Below are positions 1 to 9,295 of a stretch of DNA of 46,348 nucleotides, piece after piece. Every line of letters starts with the position of its first letter. Positions within the stretch are counted from its first letter, which is position 1. The translations under genes and the position numbers were made by a program. Location: contig JAITOR010000026.1 of assembly GCA_031289855.1 (NCBI GenBank), positions 1 to 46,348 of the forward strand. The letters are read 5' to 3'. The notes beneath the pieces were generated by a model. That model saw only the letters and a program-made list of their open reading frames with translations, did not search any database and was not told where the DNA came from. The DNA is from Rickettsiales bacterium (GTDB taxonomy: Bacteria > Pseudomonadota > Alphaproteobacteria > Rickettsiales > UBA1997).

Positions 1-68
1 AATCATATAAGAGTAATAGACTCTTAGGAGAGAACATAAGTAATTCTCTGCGGAAGCATTCTATTAAA

Positions 69-97
69 ACACTACTCGAAAGAGTAGTGTTTTTTTT
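69..97 (+). terminator. Rho-independent terminator ending an upstream transcript that enters the window
   Basis: The stem is ACACTACTC / GAGTAGTGT (9 bp) with a GAAA loop, followed by a T8 run. Two small hairpins lie just upstream: AAGAGT..ACTCTT at about 9-25 and AGAGAA..TTCTCT at about 28-49. Confidence 0.55.
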
Positions 98-285
98 GAC
101 AAAATTTTTTAATGGATAATAATATCTTAATAATATCTAATTATTAAATTCATTAATTATGAATTTATTTTTACGATTTTTCTTTACTTTAACTATTTTT
201 TGTGTTATGATTGTATTGTGAATTATAATAATATTATTTATGATAATAATAAAAGGAAAAAGACGCGCCTTTTGGCCTACATTAG

Positions 286-319
<34 letters not shown>

Positions 320-357
320 GTGGGGCGAATGCAACGAGTTTTGAGGATGACGACCTA

Positions 358-1260
358 TTGATATCTCCATATATAAAAGTAGGTGGTAACATTAATGCCG
401 ACATCAAAGACAAAACAAAATCCAACAATAATAGATTGGGTGGCATCAATATATCGGCGGGATTAGAAATTGACGAAGCATTCATTCTTGGTGCGGAGGT
501 TAACCTTAATAACAAAGTTAAAAAAGTTAATTCCAATAGCTATATGGGTATAGTGGGATATCAATTTAAAAATACCACATCATTTACTCCATACTTTAAT
601 CTTAAAGCAGGAGCATCTCAACTATCAAGAAACTTTGGAGGTAAAACATTTAAAAAAACTAACTTTGCTTATGGAATAGGCGCTGGTATCAATTACGAAA
701 TCGACGAAAATTTTAGTATTGGACTTGAGTATAGTTATATGGACATGGGTAAGATAAACACAACAATTACGGAAATTTTAGGAATATCAAGAGAATCTAT
801 AGAGGGAGATGTGCATAAAGCGGCTACGTTATTTGCGGATAAACTACTTTTAAGTTGGAAGAAGTCGCTTATTGAAAATATATATAGAATGTCGTTTAAT
901 ATTGAGAATATTATTTTTATATATAAGACGATAGATGACTCTCTTTTGTATTTTACTAATCTGTGCGAATCAGATGATGCATCTTGTAATCTTCTTTTTT
1001 CTTTCTTTGTAACGCCTATTGATGTTACTGATGCCAGATATTTAGAAAGAAGAATAGTAAATAATAATATTGTGTATATTCTTTATACTATAATACTTGA
1101 TGAAGAAGCGAACAAACAAGATGGAAGCCTGATTGAAAGCATACAATATGCAGGAGTCTATGATTTTATAGAAAATTTTCTTAATGATAGCATCAATAGT
1201 AGTTTTACGGAAAAGGTGAAAGTACATAGTGTTAGTTTAAATATGAAATATATGTTTTAA
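358..1260 (+). CDS. Opa/OmpX/OmpA-like beta-barrel outer-membrane protein; its 5' end (ATG 240 plus signal peptide) is currently out of frame
   Basis: The protein shows alternating amphipathic strands (YIKVGGNI, GINISAGLEI, FILGAEVNL, YMGIVGYQF, FAYGIGAGINYEI, FSIGLEYSYMDMG). The C-terminal strand ends in Phe (VHSVSLNMKYMF), the usual OMP signature. The frame is open from 286 but has no ATG. An ATG at 240 encodes MIIIKGKRRAFWPTLVF(SL)n and hits TAG at 318. Confidence 0.6.
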   Translation: MISPYIKVGGNINADIKDKTKSNNNRLGGINISAGLEIDEAFILGAEVNLNNKVKKVNSNSYMGIVGYQFKNTTSFTPYFNLKAGASQLSRNFGGKTFKKTNFAYGIGAGINYEIDENFSIGLEYSYMDMGKINTTITEILGISRESIEGDVHKAATLFADKLLLSWKKSLIENIYRMSFNIENIIFIYKTIDDSLLYFTNLCESDDASCNLLFSFFVTPIDVTDARYLERRIVNNNIVYILYTIILDEEANKQDGSLIESIQYAGVYDFIENFLNDSINSSFTEKVKVHSVSLNMKYMF

Positions 1261-1412
1261 AATCTTCTGTGGAAAATCATCTTTTTAATTTTGGTCGGTC
1301 AAAAAAAATGTGACAAATCTTGTTTCGTTTACTGAGCGATTATTGAAATAAAAAAAATAAAAGAGAAATATGGCAAAAAATATTCATTTTCTCCATTCAA
1401 TATTCTCTCCCA

Positions 1413-4328
1413 TCAATTTTCATCATTTTCCACCACAACTTTATCTATCATGCCCTTTTTTAACACACTTTTTAAATATTTTCCCGTTAAACTTTCTTCA
1501 TTTTCCACAATATCTTCTGGTGTTCCTTCTGCCACTATATATCCACCTTTTTCACCCCCAAATGGTCCAATATCAATAATCCAATCACTCGTTTTAATTA
1601 CATCCAAATTATGTTCTATCACAATAATTGTATTACCCTGTTCCACCAATTTATGTAATACGCTTAACAATTTTCTTATGTCATTGCTATGTAATCCAGT
1701 CGTGGGTTCATCAAGTATATATATGGTATTACCAGTATCTTTTTTCCCCAATTCTCTTGCTAATTTAATTCTTTGAGCCTCACCACCTGATAAAGTTGTT
1801 GCTGATTGTCCTATTTTTATATAACCAAGTCCTACATCTTTCAAGGCTTTAAATTTCTCATAAATCATTGGAATATCCTTAAAAAAACTACAGGTCTCAT
1901 CAACCGTCATATTTAATACATCGGCAATGTTTTTGCCATTAAATTCAATTTCCAACGTTTCATTGTTATACCTTTTTCCATTGCATATGGGACAAAGTAC
2001 ATACACATCTGGCAAAAAATTCATTTCAACTTTAATTGCTCCATCACCCTGACAATTTTCACATCTACCACCCTTTACATTAAATGAAAAACGATTCGTT
2101 CTGTAATCTCTTGCCACCGCCTCTTCCGTTCCAACAAATAAATCTCTAATCATTGTAAATGCTCCAATATAAGTGCATGGATTACTCCTGGGAGTTCTAC
2201 CAATTGGAGATTGATCGATTTGTATTATTTTATCAATTGCATCAATTCCAGTAATACTATCATATAATTCTGGAGTAACTTTTGTTCCATTCTTAACTCT
2301 TGCAAGTATTTTATATAATGTATGCAATACAAGTGTTGATTTTCCTCCACCAGATACACCACTTACTGAACAAAATATACCAGTTGGAAATACTGCATTA
2401 ATATTTTTCAAATTATGACCTCTTGCATTCATGATTTTTATAGATTTTTTCCTGTCCCATTTTCTTCTATATGGAGGAATTGGTATGGATTTTTCACCTT
2501 TTAAAAACGCACCAGTAATACTATTTGGATTATTCAAAACTTCTTGCGGTGTTCCTTCTGCTATTACATAACCACCATTACTTCCTGCTCCAGGTCCAAT
2601 ATCCACCAACCAATCCGCCTCCATCATAGTTTCTTCATCATGTTCAACCACAATAACTGTATTTCCCAAATCTCTTAAATGTTTTAAGGTTTTGATAAGT
2701 TTTTGATTATCACTTTGGTGCAAACCAATTGAAGGCTCGTCCAATACATATAACACGCCAGATAAACCGGTTGAAATTTGTGTGGCCAATCTAATTCTTT
2801 GACTTTCACCACCTGATAGAGTGCCACTTTCTCTATTTAGCGTTAAATAATCTATACCAACATTCGATAAAAATTGCAGTCTATCAATAATTTCGCCCAC
2901 AACTTTATTGGCAATTATCTTTTCACTTTCGTTTAAATGGTTATTTAAATCTTTAAAAAAATCAATTGCCTTGCCTATTGATAATTCGCATACCTCACCA
3001 ACATGTTTATTATTAATTTTAATACTCAAAGCCTCTTCATTTAACCTATATCCATGACAATGACTACATGGCCTTAAAGATGTATATTTCGATATTTCGT
3101 CCCTCAACATTTCATCTTTATTTTTTGCATATTGTTCTTCCAACAGATTTATGATGCCACTATATCTTACTTTTACTCTTGAAGTCGTTAATACTGATTC
3201 CTGATTTATTTCTACTTCATTATCGGCACCATACAAAATAACTTCCTTTGCCTTATCATTTAATTTGTGATATGGAGTGTCAATATCAAAATCATAAATT
3301 TTACCCAATTCAGTTAACATTTTTAAGTAATTTTTTTTATTTTTATCAATTTTAAATGGGTCAATTACATCTTCTCTAATGGTTAAATTTTTATCCATTA
3401 TGATAAGTTCAGGATTAAAATAACTTTCGGTTCCTAATCCATCACATTTTGTGCAAGCACCAAATGGATTGTTAAAGGAAAACATTTTCGGTTCAATACT
3501 ATCGATGACGAGTCCAGTGTCAGGACAAGCATATTTTCGTGAGAATTTTACTATATCTCCTTTTTCATATTCTTTGCTAAATAATAAAACTTTTTTCTTT
3601 TTTGGAATATCAACAATTTCAACATATATCATATTTTCAGAACTTTCCAAACCTACTTTTATTTTTTCCAATAAATTTTCCTGTGCCTCATTATTAATTG
3701 TCATAGTTGATAAAAGAATTTCAATGTTATGTTTTGTGCCTTTATCTAATTTTGGCAAAGAATTTGTGATATCTAAAATTTTATCATCAACCTTGATTTT
3801 TGTGTATCCTTGTTTTCGTATTTTTATAAGTTCTTTTCTATGTTCTCCGCTTGAATTTTTAATTACTGGAGCAAGAATATTTATTTTTGTTCCTTCTGGC
3901 ATAAGCATAATTGATTTTATCATGTCCTCTGGTTTTTGGCTTTGCAAAGGTTTTCCAGTAACAGGAGAAAATGGAACACCAATTCTTGCAAACAAAATTC
4001 TTAAATAATCATAAATTTCAGTAATAGTTCCAACAGTGGAACGAGGATTTTTACCAATAACTTTTTGGTCAATTGCAATTGCAGGTGATAAACCGGTTAT
4101 GCTCTCCACTTCAGGTTTTGATTGCACATCCATAAATTGTCTAGCATAGGTGGATAGAGATTCTATATACCTTCTTCGCCCTTCGGCATAAATTGTATCA
4201 AATGCAAGTGAAGATTTTCCAGAACCCGAGACACCAGTGATTACGATTAATTTATTTTTCGGTAACTTTATATTTATGTTTTTTAAGTTATTTTGCTTTG
4301 CACCAATAACTTCAATATATTCTTGCAT
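1413..4328 (-). CDS. uvrA: Excinuclease ABC subunit A
   Basis: 971 aa with two ABC ATPase modules (GVSGSGKSSLAFDT; GVSGGGKSTL; LSGGESQR / LSGGEAQR) and Cys4 zinc modules (CxxCxGxG). Confidence 0.97.
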   Translation of the reverse strand: MQEYIEVIGAKQNNLKNINIKLPKNKLIVITGVSGSGKSSLAFDTIYAEGRRRYIESLSTYARQFMDVQSKPEVESITGLSPAIAIDQKVIGKNPRSTVGTITEIYDYLRILFARIGVPFSPVTGKPLQSQKPEDMIKSIMLMPEGTKINILAPVIKNSSGEHRKELIKIRKQGYTKIKVDDKILDITNSLPKLDKGTKHNIEILLSTMTINNEAQENLLEKIKVGLESSENMIYVEIVDIPKKKKVLLFSKEYEKGDIVKFSRKYACPDTGLVIDSIEPKMFSFNNPFGACTKCDGLGTESYFNPELIIMDKNLTIREDVIDPFKIDKNKKNYLKMLTELGKIYDFDIDTPYHKLNDKAKEVILYGADNEVEINQESVLTTSRVKVRYSGIINLLEEQYAKNKDEMLRDEISKYTSLRPCSHCHGYRLNEEALSIKINNKHVGEVCELSIGKAIDFFKDLNNHLNESEKIIANKVVGEIIDRLQFLSNVGIDYLTLNRESGTLSGGESQRIRLATQISTGLSGVLYVLDEPSIGLHQSDNQKLIKTLKHLRDLGNTVIVVEHDEETMMEADWLVDIGPGAGSNGGYVIAEGTPQEVLNNPNSITGAFLKGEKSIPIPPYRRKWDRKKSIKIMNARGHNLKNINAVFPTGIFCSVSGVSGGGKSTLVLHTLYKILARVKNGTKVTPELYDSITGIDAIDKIIQIDQSPIGRTPRSNPCTYIGAFTMIRDLFVGTEEAVARDYRTNRFSFNVKGGRCENCQGDGAIKVEMNFLPDVYVLCPICNGKRYNNETLEIEFNGKNIADVLNMTVDETCSFFKDIPMIYEKFKALKDVGLGYIKIGQSATTLSGGEAQRIKLARELGKKDTGNTIYILDEPTTGLHSNDIRKLLSVLHKLVEQGNTIIVIEHNLDVIKTSDWIIDIGPFGGEKGGYIVAEGTPEDIVENEESLTGKYLKSVLKKGMIDKVVVENDEN

Positions 4329-4477
4329 TATAATATTTATTAATTATAAATTTGTTATATAACTTTTTTTTTAATATGCAAAAAAAGTTTCAAAGAAGTT
4401 ATTATATTGCAAAGGAGAAAAGCATTGTAATAATAAATGAATGTAGATAATTGTGAAGTTAAAACAAAGTTATGAGT

Positions 4478-5119
4478 TTACTTTTTAAATCCTTGGGCTA
4501 CGATATAGATTTCTACACTTTCTTTCCTCGATGATTCTGGCTTAAAATGTTTTACACCCGTAAAATATTTTTTTAAACCATTAAAAAATTCAGGTTCTCC
4601 TGCGCCTTGAAATATTTTTGTTATAAAAACACCATCTTTTTTTAAAACCGTAATCGCAAATTCAAAGGCTTTTTCAACTAAATTCATGGTTCGTAAATGA
4701 TCTATCCCCTTATTGCCCGTTGTATTTGCCGCCATATCGCTCATTACCACATCAAAATCAGTCCCTATTTTCTCCGTAGCATTTGGTAGCAAAAAATCAG
4801 ATTGTATGAATTTCACACCCCTCAACTCTTCCATCTCCAATATATCAAGCGCAATTACATTGTTTAATCCAACTTTTTTTACGATAACTTGACTCCAACC
4901 TCCAGGAGTGGAACCCAAATCCAATACTTTTTGATCTTTTTTGAAGATTTTAAATTTATCATCAATTTCTAAAATTTTGAAACTTGCCCTTGAACGATAC
5001 CCATTTTTAGTGGCTAAAATTACAAATTTATCATTAATATGTCGTTGCAACCAATTGGTGGACGACACTTTTCTGCCTTTTGCTGTTTTTAAATTTTCAT
5101 GTGGTGTTTTGAATGTCAT
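4478..5119 (-). CDS. rlmE: 23S rRNA (uridine-2'-O)-methyltransferase RlmE/FtsJ
   Basis: The SAM-binding motif VLDLGSTPGGWSQV and the N-terminal NWLQRHINDKFV are typical of FtsJ. I place the start at the internal ATG (MTFKTPHEN...) because the longer ORF adds a non-homologous hydrophobic leader. Confidence 0.85.
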   Translation of the reverse strand: MTFKTPHENLKTAKGRKVSSTNWLQRHINDKFVILATKNGYRSRASFKILEIDDKFKIFKKDQKVLDLGSTPGGWSQVIVKKVGLNNVIALDILEMEELRGVKFIQSDFLLPNATEKIGTDFDVVMSDMAANTTGNKGIDHLRTMNLVEKAFEFAITVLKKDGVFITKIFQGAGEPEFFNGLKKYFTGVKHFKPESSRKESVEIYIVAQGFKK

Positions 5120-5182
5120 ATTTAAATAATATATTATAAAATAAATATTTGCAAAAAAAAATATATCCAATACTATTGAACC

Positions 5183-7159
5183 ATGAAGAATGGCAAAAAA
5201 AATTTTATATTGTGGGCAGTGATAATCGCTCTATTGATTTATGGTTCAAACCACTTGGATAAGATTGAAAATAAAACAGATAAAAACGAAATTTCATTTA
5301 CTGATTTTTTGAAAAAAGTTGATAATAAGGAAGTTAGCAAAATTGAGTTAAAATCAAACGAAATAAAGGGTGAATTGAAGAATGGCACCAAATTCTATAC
5401 TTTGGCAACATATTATCCCGAAATGATAAAGGACTTGAGAGATAAGGATGTAGAATTAAAGATTCTACCACTTGTGAGCGGTAAAGAAAAAATTCTTGAA
5501 GTTGTTTTGAATTGGTTGCCATTTATAGTTATGATTTTTTTGTGGTTTTATTTTATGAAAGGATCTGGCGGTGGCAAGGGTAATCCATTTTCATTTGGAA
5601 AATCAAAGGCAAAATTAGTGCAAACTAAGGGCAAGATAACTTTTAAGGATGTGGCCGGTATAGATGAAGTAAAAGAAGAATTGGTTGAATTGGTTGATTT
5701 TTTGAAAAATCCTGATAAATACACAAAAATTGGGGCAAAAATTCCAAGAGGTTGTTTATTGATTGGTGAACCTGGAACCGGAAAAACATTGCTTGCAAAG
5801 GCTGTGGCTGGAGAAGCGGATGTGCCATTTTTTTTCATTTCTGGTAGTGATTTTGTGGAAATGTTTGTGGGTGTTGGTGCCAGCAGGGTTAGAGATATGT
5901 TTGAAGAAGCAAAACAACATGCTCCTTGTTTAATTTTTATTGATGAAATCGATGCTGTGGGACGACACAGAGGGGCTGGTTATGGAGGCGGAAATGATGA
6001 GCGAGAACAAACTTTAAATCAGTTATTGGTTGAAATGGATGGATTTGATGGTAATGAAGGAATTATTATAATTGCTGCCACTAATAGATCTGATGTATTG
6101 GACAAAGCATTACTTAGACCAGGTAGGTTTGATAGACAAGTTTATGTTTCTATGCCAGATTACAAAGGTAGGCAGGAAATTTTGAATGTGCATGCAAAAA
6201 AAATACAAATTGCGACAGATGTAGATTTAAGTATCGTAGCAAAGGCTACACCTGGTTTTTCTGGTGCTGATTTGGCCAACTTGTTAAATGAATCCGCTTT
6301 ATTGGCTGCAAGATATAATAAGAAAAAAGTAACAATGGATTCGGTGGAAGAAGCGATTGATAAGATTAGAATGGGTTTAAGTAAAAAGAATAGAGTAATT
6401 AAACCGGAGGATAGAAAATTAACAGCATACCATGAGGCAGGACATGCAATTGTTGCAATGAATTTAAAAAATGTAGATCCAATACATAAAATTACAATTA
6501 TACCAAGGGGGCATGCCGGTGGTGTAACATCATTTTTGCCAGAAGACGATAAAATGTATGAAAGAAAAATACAAATGTTGGAAGATATTGCGGTGGCATT
6601 TGGTGGCAGAGCGGCTGAAGAAATTATATGGGGTGGAGATATGGTAACTGGTGGAGCAAGTAGCGATATTAAATATGCGACGTATATGGCACAAAGAATG
6701 GTTGCCGTATATGGTTTTAGTGAAAAATTAGGACCAGTAAATTACGACAGAAAATTAAAAGATGACAATAAATTTGCACCAGAACCAGCATCGCAAGAAA
6801 TTTTAAATTTGATTGATAGTGAAATTAGAAGTATTATTGAAATTCAAAAGGCAAAAGCAACTGAAATCCTAAAAAACAAACAAAAAGACTTAAAGATATT
6901 GGCCGAAGGATTATTAAAATATGAAACTCTTGATAAAGAACAAGTGGAAAAATTATTGAAGGGACAACCAATTGGACTTGAAAAAGAAGGAATAAATTAT
7001 AAAAATACAATATTCTCAATATTTAATCCATTTTTAAATAAGGAAATTAAAGAAGAGATAAAATTAATAGACAATATTGATAATATCAAAAAAAAGATTT
7101 TTAATGGAATAAAAAGCAAAATAACGAGTAGAAAAAGAAACGGAAAGAAGAAAAAATAA
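5183..7159 (+). CDS. ftsH: ATP-dependent zinc metalloprotease FtsH
   Basis: It has an N-terminal TM segment, the AAA+ Walker [19 protein letters not shown], Walker [10 protein letters not shown] and the zinc site HEAGHAIV. There is a Lys-rich C-terminal tail. Confidence 0.97.
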   Translation: MKNGKKNFILWAVIIALLIYGSNHLDKIENKTDKNEISFTDFLKKVDNKEVSKIELKSNEIKGELKNGTKFYTLATYYPEMIKDLRDKDVELKILPLVSGKEKILEVVLNWLPFIVMIFLWFYFMKGSGGGKGNPFSFGKSKAKLVQTKGKITFKDVAGIDEVKEELVELVDFLKNPDKYTKIGAKIPRGCLLIGEPGTGKTLLAKAVAGEADVPFFFISGSDFVEMFVGVGASRVRDMFEEAKQHAPCLIFIDEIDAVGRHRGAGYGGGNDEREQTLNQLLVEMDGFDGNEGIIIIAATNRSDVLDKALLRPGRFDRQVYVSMPDYKGRQEILNVHAKKIQIATDVDLSIVAKATPGFSGADLANLLNESALLAARYNKKKVTMDSVEEAIDKIRMGLSKKNRVIKPEDRKLTAYHEAGHAIVAMNLKNVDPIHKITIIPRGHAGGVTSFLPEDDKMYERKIQMLEDIAVAFGGRAAEEIIWGGDMVTGGASSDIKYATYMAQRMVAVYGFSEKLGPVNYDRKLKDDNKFAPEPASQEILNLIDSEIRSIIEIQKAKATEILKNKQKDLKILAEGLLKYETLDKEQVEKLLKGQPIGLEKEGINYKNTIFSIFNPFLNKEIKEEIKLIDNIDNIKKKIFNGIKSKITSRKRNGKKKK

Positions 7160-7163
7160 AAAA

Positions 7164-7310
7164 GTTAACTAAATATTTTTTCAACATCTCTTATATGTTT
7201 TTTCAATGCCTGAATATCGTTGCCTATCAACGCAGCAGATCTTTTTTTTTACAACCTTCCACCCAATACCCTATCTAATTCACTAATGCCAATTATTGAG
7301 AATGCTGAGA
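7164..7310 (-). pseudogene. Heavily deleted remnant of a second, divergent radA copy
   Basis: 7164-7201 matches the radA 3' end (9258-9295) at 37/38 nt. 7257-7299 matches radA 10379-10420 at about 37/42. In reverse complement it still encodes IIGISELDRVLGG, and most differences are synonymous (ggc/ggt, att/atc, gat/gac, agg/aga). A shorter patch at about 7229-7256 resembles radA at about 9455-9482. Confidence 0.65.
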
Positions 7311-7389
7311 AGGTTAAGGAGAAGTTGAATGGTTGTTGTAATATATTTTAAAATAGAATTTTAAATTTCGTTATTTTTCGTAAAACACA

Positions 7390-7432
7390 CTATCATTCGT
7401 CATTTTTGTGAAGACGGAATGACGATTGATAG
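7390..7432 (-). terminator. 15-bp imperfect inverted repeat downstream of the R-M genes (terminator or recombination site)
   Basis: CTATCATTCGTCATT (7390-7404) and AATGACGATTGATAG (7418-7432) pair at 14/15 around a 13-nt loop. On the minus strand the hairpin is followed by TGTGTTTTAC. Confidence 0.4.
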
Positions 7433-7467
7433 TGGTAACGGATGGAATAATAAAATAATGAATATAA

Positions 7468-8063
7468 CTACATTTTTATTTTTTTTCTCTTTGAATTACT
7501 ATTTAAACTCTTTTTTGTAATGTCGCTATGATTTTGTTTAATTTCCTCTGACCAATCTGCTCCTTGTTCTTGCACATTCCATTCTGGATATTTTCCGTTT
7601 TCTCTTGATAAATAATCAGCAATACAACATTCCTCAATCAGTTTGCAACTAACATTGGCATTTTTTATTTCGTGATAACCAAACAAACCTTTTATTTTCA
7701 TTTCAAAATCGTCATGATATATCATATAAAATTCAATTTTCTTACCTTGTAAAATTGTGTGATATAAAAAATACCATATTCCATAACTTCTTATGCTCGG
7801 TCGTCCTTTTATTCCACCATCTTGGTATATTTGCAAAGTTCCTTTAATACCGCCCTTATCCTGCGATGCTCCAATCTTTTTAATCTCACCATTCACAACA
7901 ATAATATAGACCCTGCTAAAATTTCTCCTTAATATATCTTGTGACAGTTATCGCCATTCTCATCTATTAAATTATCAACATAATTGAAGTTTAATTTAGT
8001 GAAACCTTTAATATACTCCACATCAGCAATTTTAAAGGCAGTTTTAACTTCCTTTATTTTCAT
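7468..8063 (-). pseudogene. Putative GIY-YIG-superfamily restriction endonuclease, split by a frameshift
   Basis: A 44-aa ORF (8063-7929) starts with an ATG that overlaps the methyltransferase stop (ATGA). The downstream 142-aa ORF frame is open from 7947 and has no credible start codon. It contains RVYIIVVNGEIKKIGAS (GIY-x10-KIG pattern), then GRPSIR and KLIEE. A single 1-nt indel within 7932-7947 would fuse the two into about 198 aa. Confidence 0.45.
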
Positions 8064-9067
8064 ATCTCCCCCAAAATCAATAATTCGTGGGAATGTTTAA
8101 TGTTATCTTTATCATAATCCCTTTCCAATCTGTTTTTGCCTATTCTTGTTTCACCCTGCCCTAATGTATATTGCCACTTAACTTCAATAATTTTGAAATC
8201 TTTATAAGCCTCACGAATCCAAGAACAATCATTGTAGGATAGGATAAAACCTCCTTTATGTTGTTTTAATAAATTTGCCAAAATATCGTGCTTAAAACCA
8301 TTATGATGAACAGGAAAATTACGCATAGGATAAATACCCCTAAACATTTTACTATCCCCCTCTAAAAAATAAGGCGGATCAAGATATAAAAAATCTCCAT
8401 TGTGTTTTGGTATCGTAGTTTCAAAAGTTTCGTTATATACTTGCAAATTTGGAACATTAAAATTTTTAACCTTTTCTAACATTGAATTGTATTTTTGAGT
8501 ATTTGTATATATCGATGACATCCAACCTAAAAAACCAGGACCATAACTTAAATTATGATTAAAATAATATAATGTTGCCAATTCTAATTGGGTATAAGCA
8601 TTTTTCAAAAGTCCATCATTTTTATTCCAAATTTCTTTTATTTTATTTTTTGTATTTTCGTATTCCTCCTTTGTATTCTGCATTTTACTTAAATTTTCAT
8701 ATAATTTTTGCGGTTGTTCTGTTTGCATTTTCCAAAAATTTACAAGTAATTCAAAAATATCGTAGCCAATTACCTCAACACCCAACTCTCTCGCAATAGC
8801 GATTTCAACACTTCCTCCACCAATAAATGGACTCATAACTCGTTTTATATTATCAGGTATATATTCTAATATTTTACCAACCGCGAGAGATTTACCACCA
8901 GCATACCTTAATGTTGAACCCAAATATCTTTTATAACCATTTTTAGTTTTCAATTTTTGTAAAAAAATATCTTTTCTGTCTTTTGAAGATATATTTTTAT
9001 TACTTAAAGTGAGAATATTAGGAGAATTTAGAAACAAATCATCGTTATTATTTTCTTTTTTTGACAT
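8060..9067 (-). CDS. Dam-class (D12, alpha-group) N6-adenine DNA methyltransferase
   Basis: The motifs are LRYAGGKS (Dam-family N-terminal motif), SPFIGGGSVEI (SAM-binding FxGxG-like) and YLDPPYF (catalytic DPPY), in the alpha-group order. Confidence 0.85.
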   Translation of the reverse strand: MSKKENNNDDLFLNSPNILTLSNKNISSKDRKDIFLQKLKTKNGYKRYLGSTLRYAGGKSLAVGKILEYIPDNIKRVMSPFIGGGSVEIAIARELGVEVIGYDIFELLVNFWKMQTEQPQKLYENLSKMQNTKEEYENTKNKIKEIWNKNDGLLKNAYTQLELATLYYFNHNLSYGPGFLGWMSSIYTNTQKYNSMLEKVKNFNVPNLQVYNETFETTIPKHNGDFLYLDPPYFLEGDSKMFRGIYPMRNFPVHHNGFKHDILANLLKQHKGGFILSYNDCSWIREAYKDFKIIEVKWQYTLGQGETRIGKNRLERDYDKDNIKHSHELLILGEI

Positions 9068-9257
9068 ATTTTTAGTTTTGTTGAACGTTAATGAAGAAAT
9101 AATACCCCCCTTTCTTTCTCACTTGTATTTTTTAAAAAACACTTATCAAGTAAGTCGAATGTATTTATATTTTTCAACTTTTTCATAATACGAATTATAA
9201 ACATTATTTTTAATATTGCAAAAAATTATAGTATTATATTTATAAAAATATAGTAAT

Positions 9258-9295
9258 GTTAACTAAATATTTTTCCAACATCTCTTATATGTTTT
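9258..9295. repeat. Right copy of the 38-bp direct repeat (left copy at 7164-7201)
   Basis: The repeat reads gttaactaaatattttt[t/c]caacatctcttatatgtttt, with 37/38 identity and the same orientation. It covers the last 12 codons and the stop of radA. Confidence 0.9.

Noticed and set aside
1-60. Two short hairpins at the left edge that might be the 3' part of a structured RNA (riboswitch or sRNA).
   Set aside because: The element is truncated by the window boundary and I recognise no conserved core. Only the terminator at 69-97 is reported.
159-221. A small ORF MNLFLRFFFTLTIFCVMIVL upstream of the OMP gene. It is in the same frame as the ATG-240 ORF and could be an alternative signal peptide.
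   Set aside because: It is terminated by TGA at 219-221 and followed by 18 nt of AT filler. There is no evidence of TGA recoding elsewhere in the window, since Trp is encoded by TGG throughout. It is more likely promoter or AT-rich noise.
3451-4008. Long antisense ORFs inside well-supported genes: 3451-4008, 10247-10612, 12391-12789, 23929-24393, 33741-34154, 34983-35447, 36025-36429, 41751-42074, 43031-43756.
   Set aside because: They lie entirely opposite conserved genes and encode low-complexity Ser/Phe/Ile/Pro-rich sequences without motifs. They are the shadow ORFs expected from codon-biased AT-rich genes.
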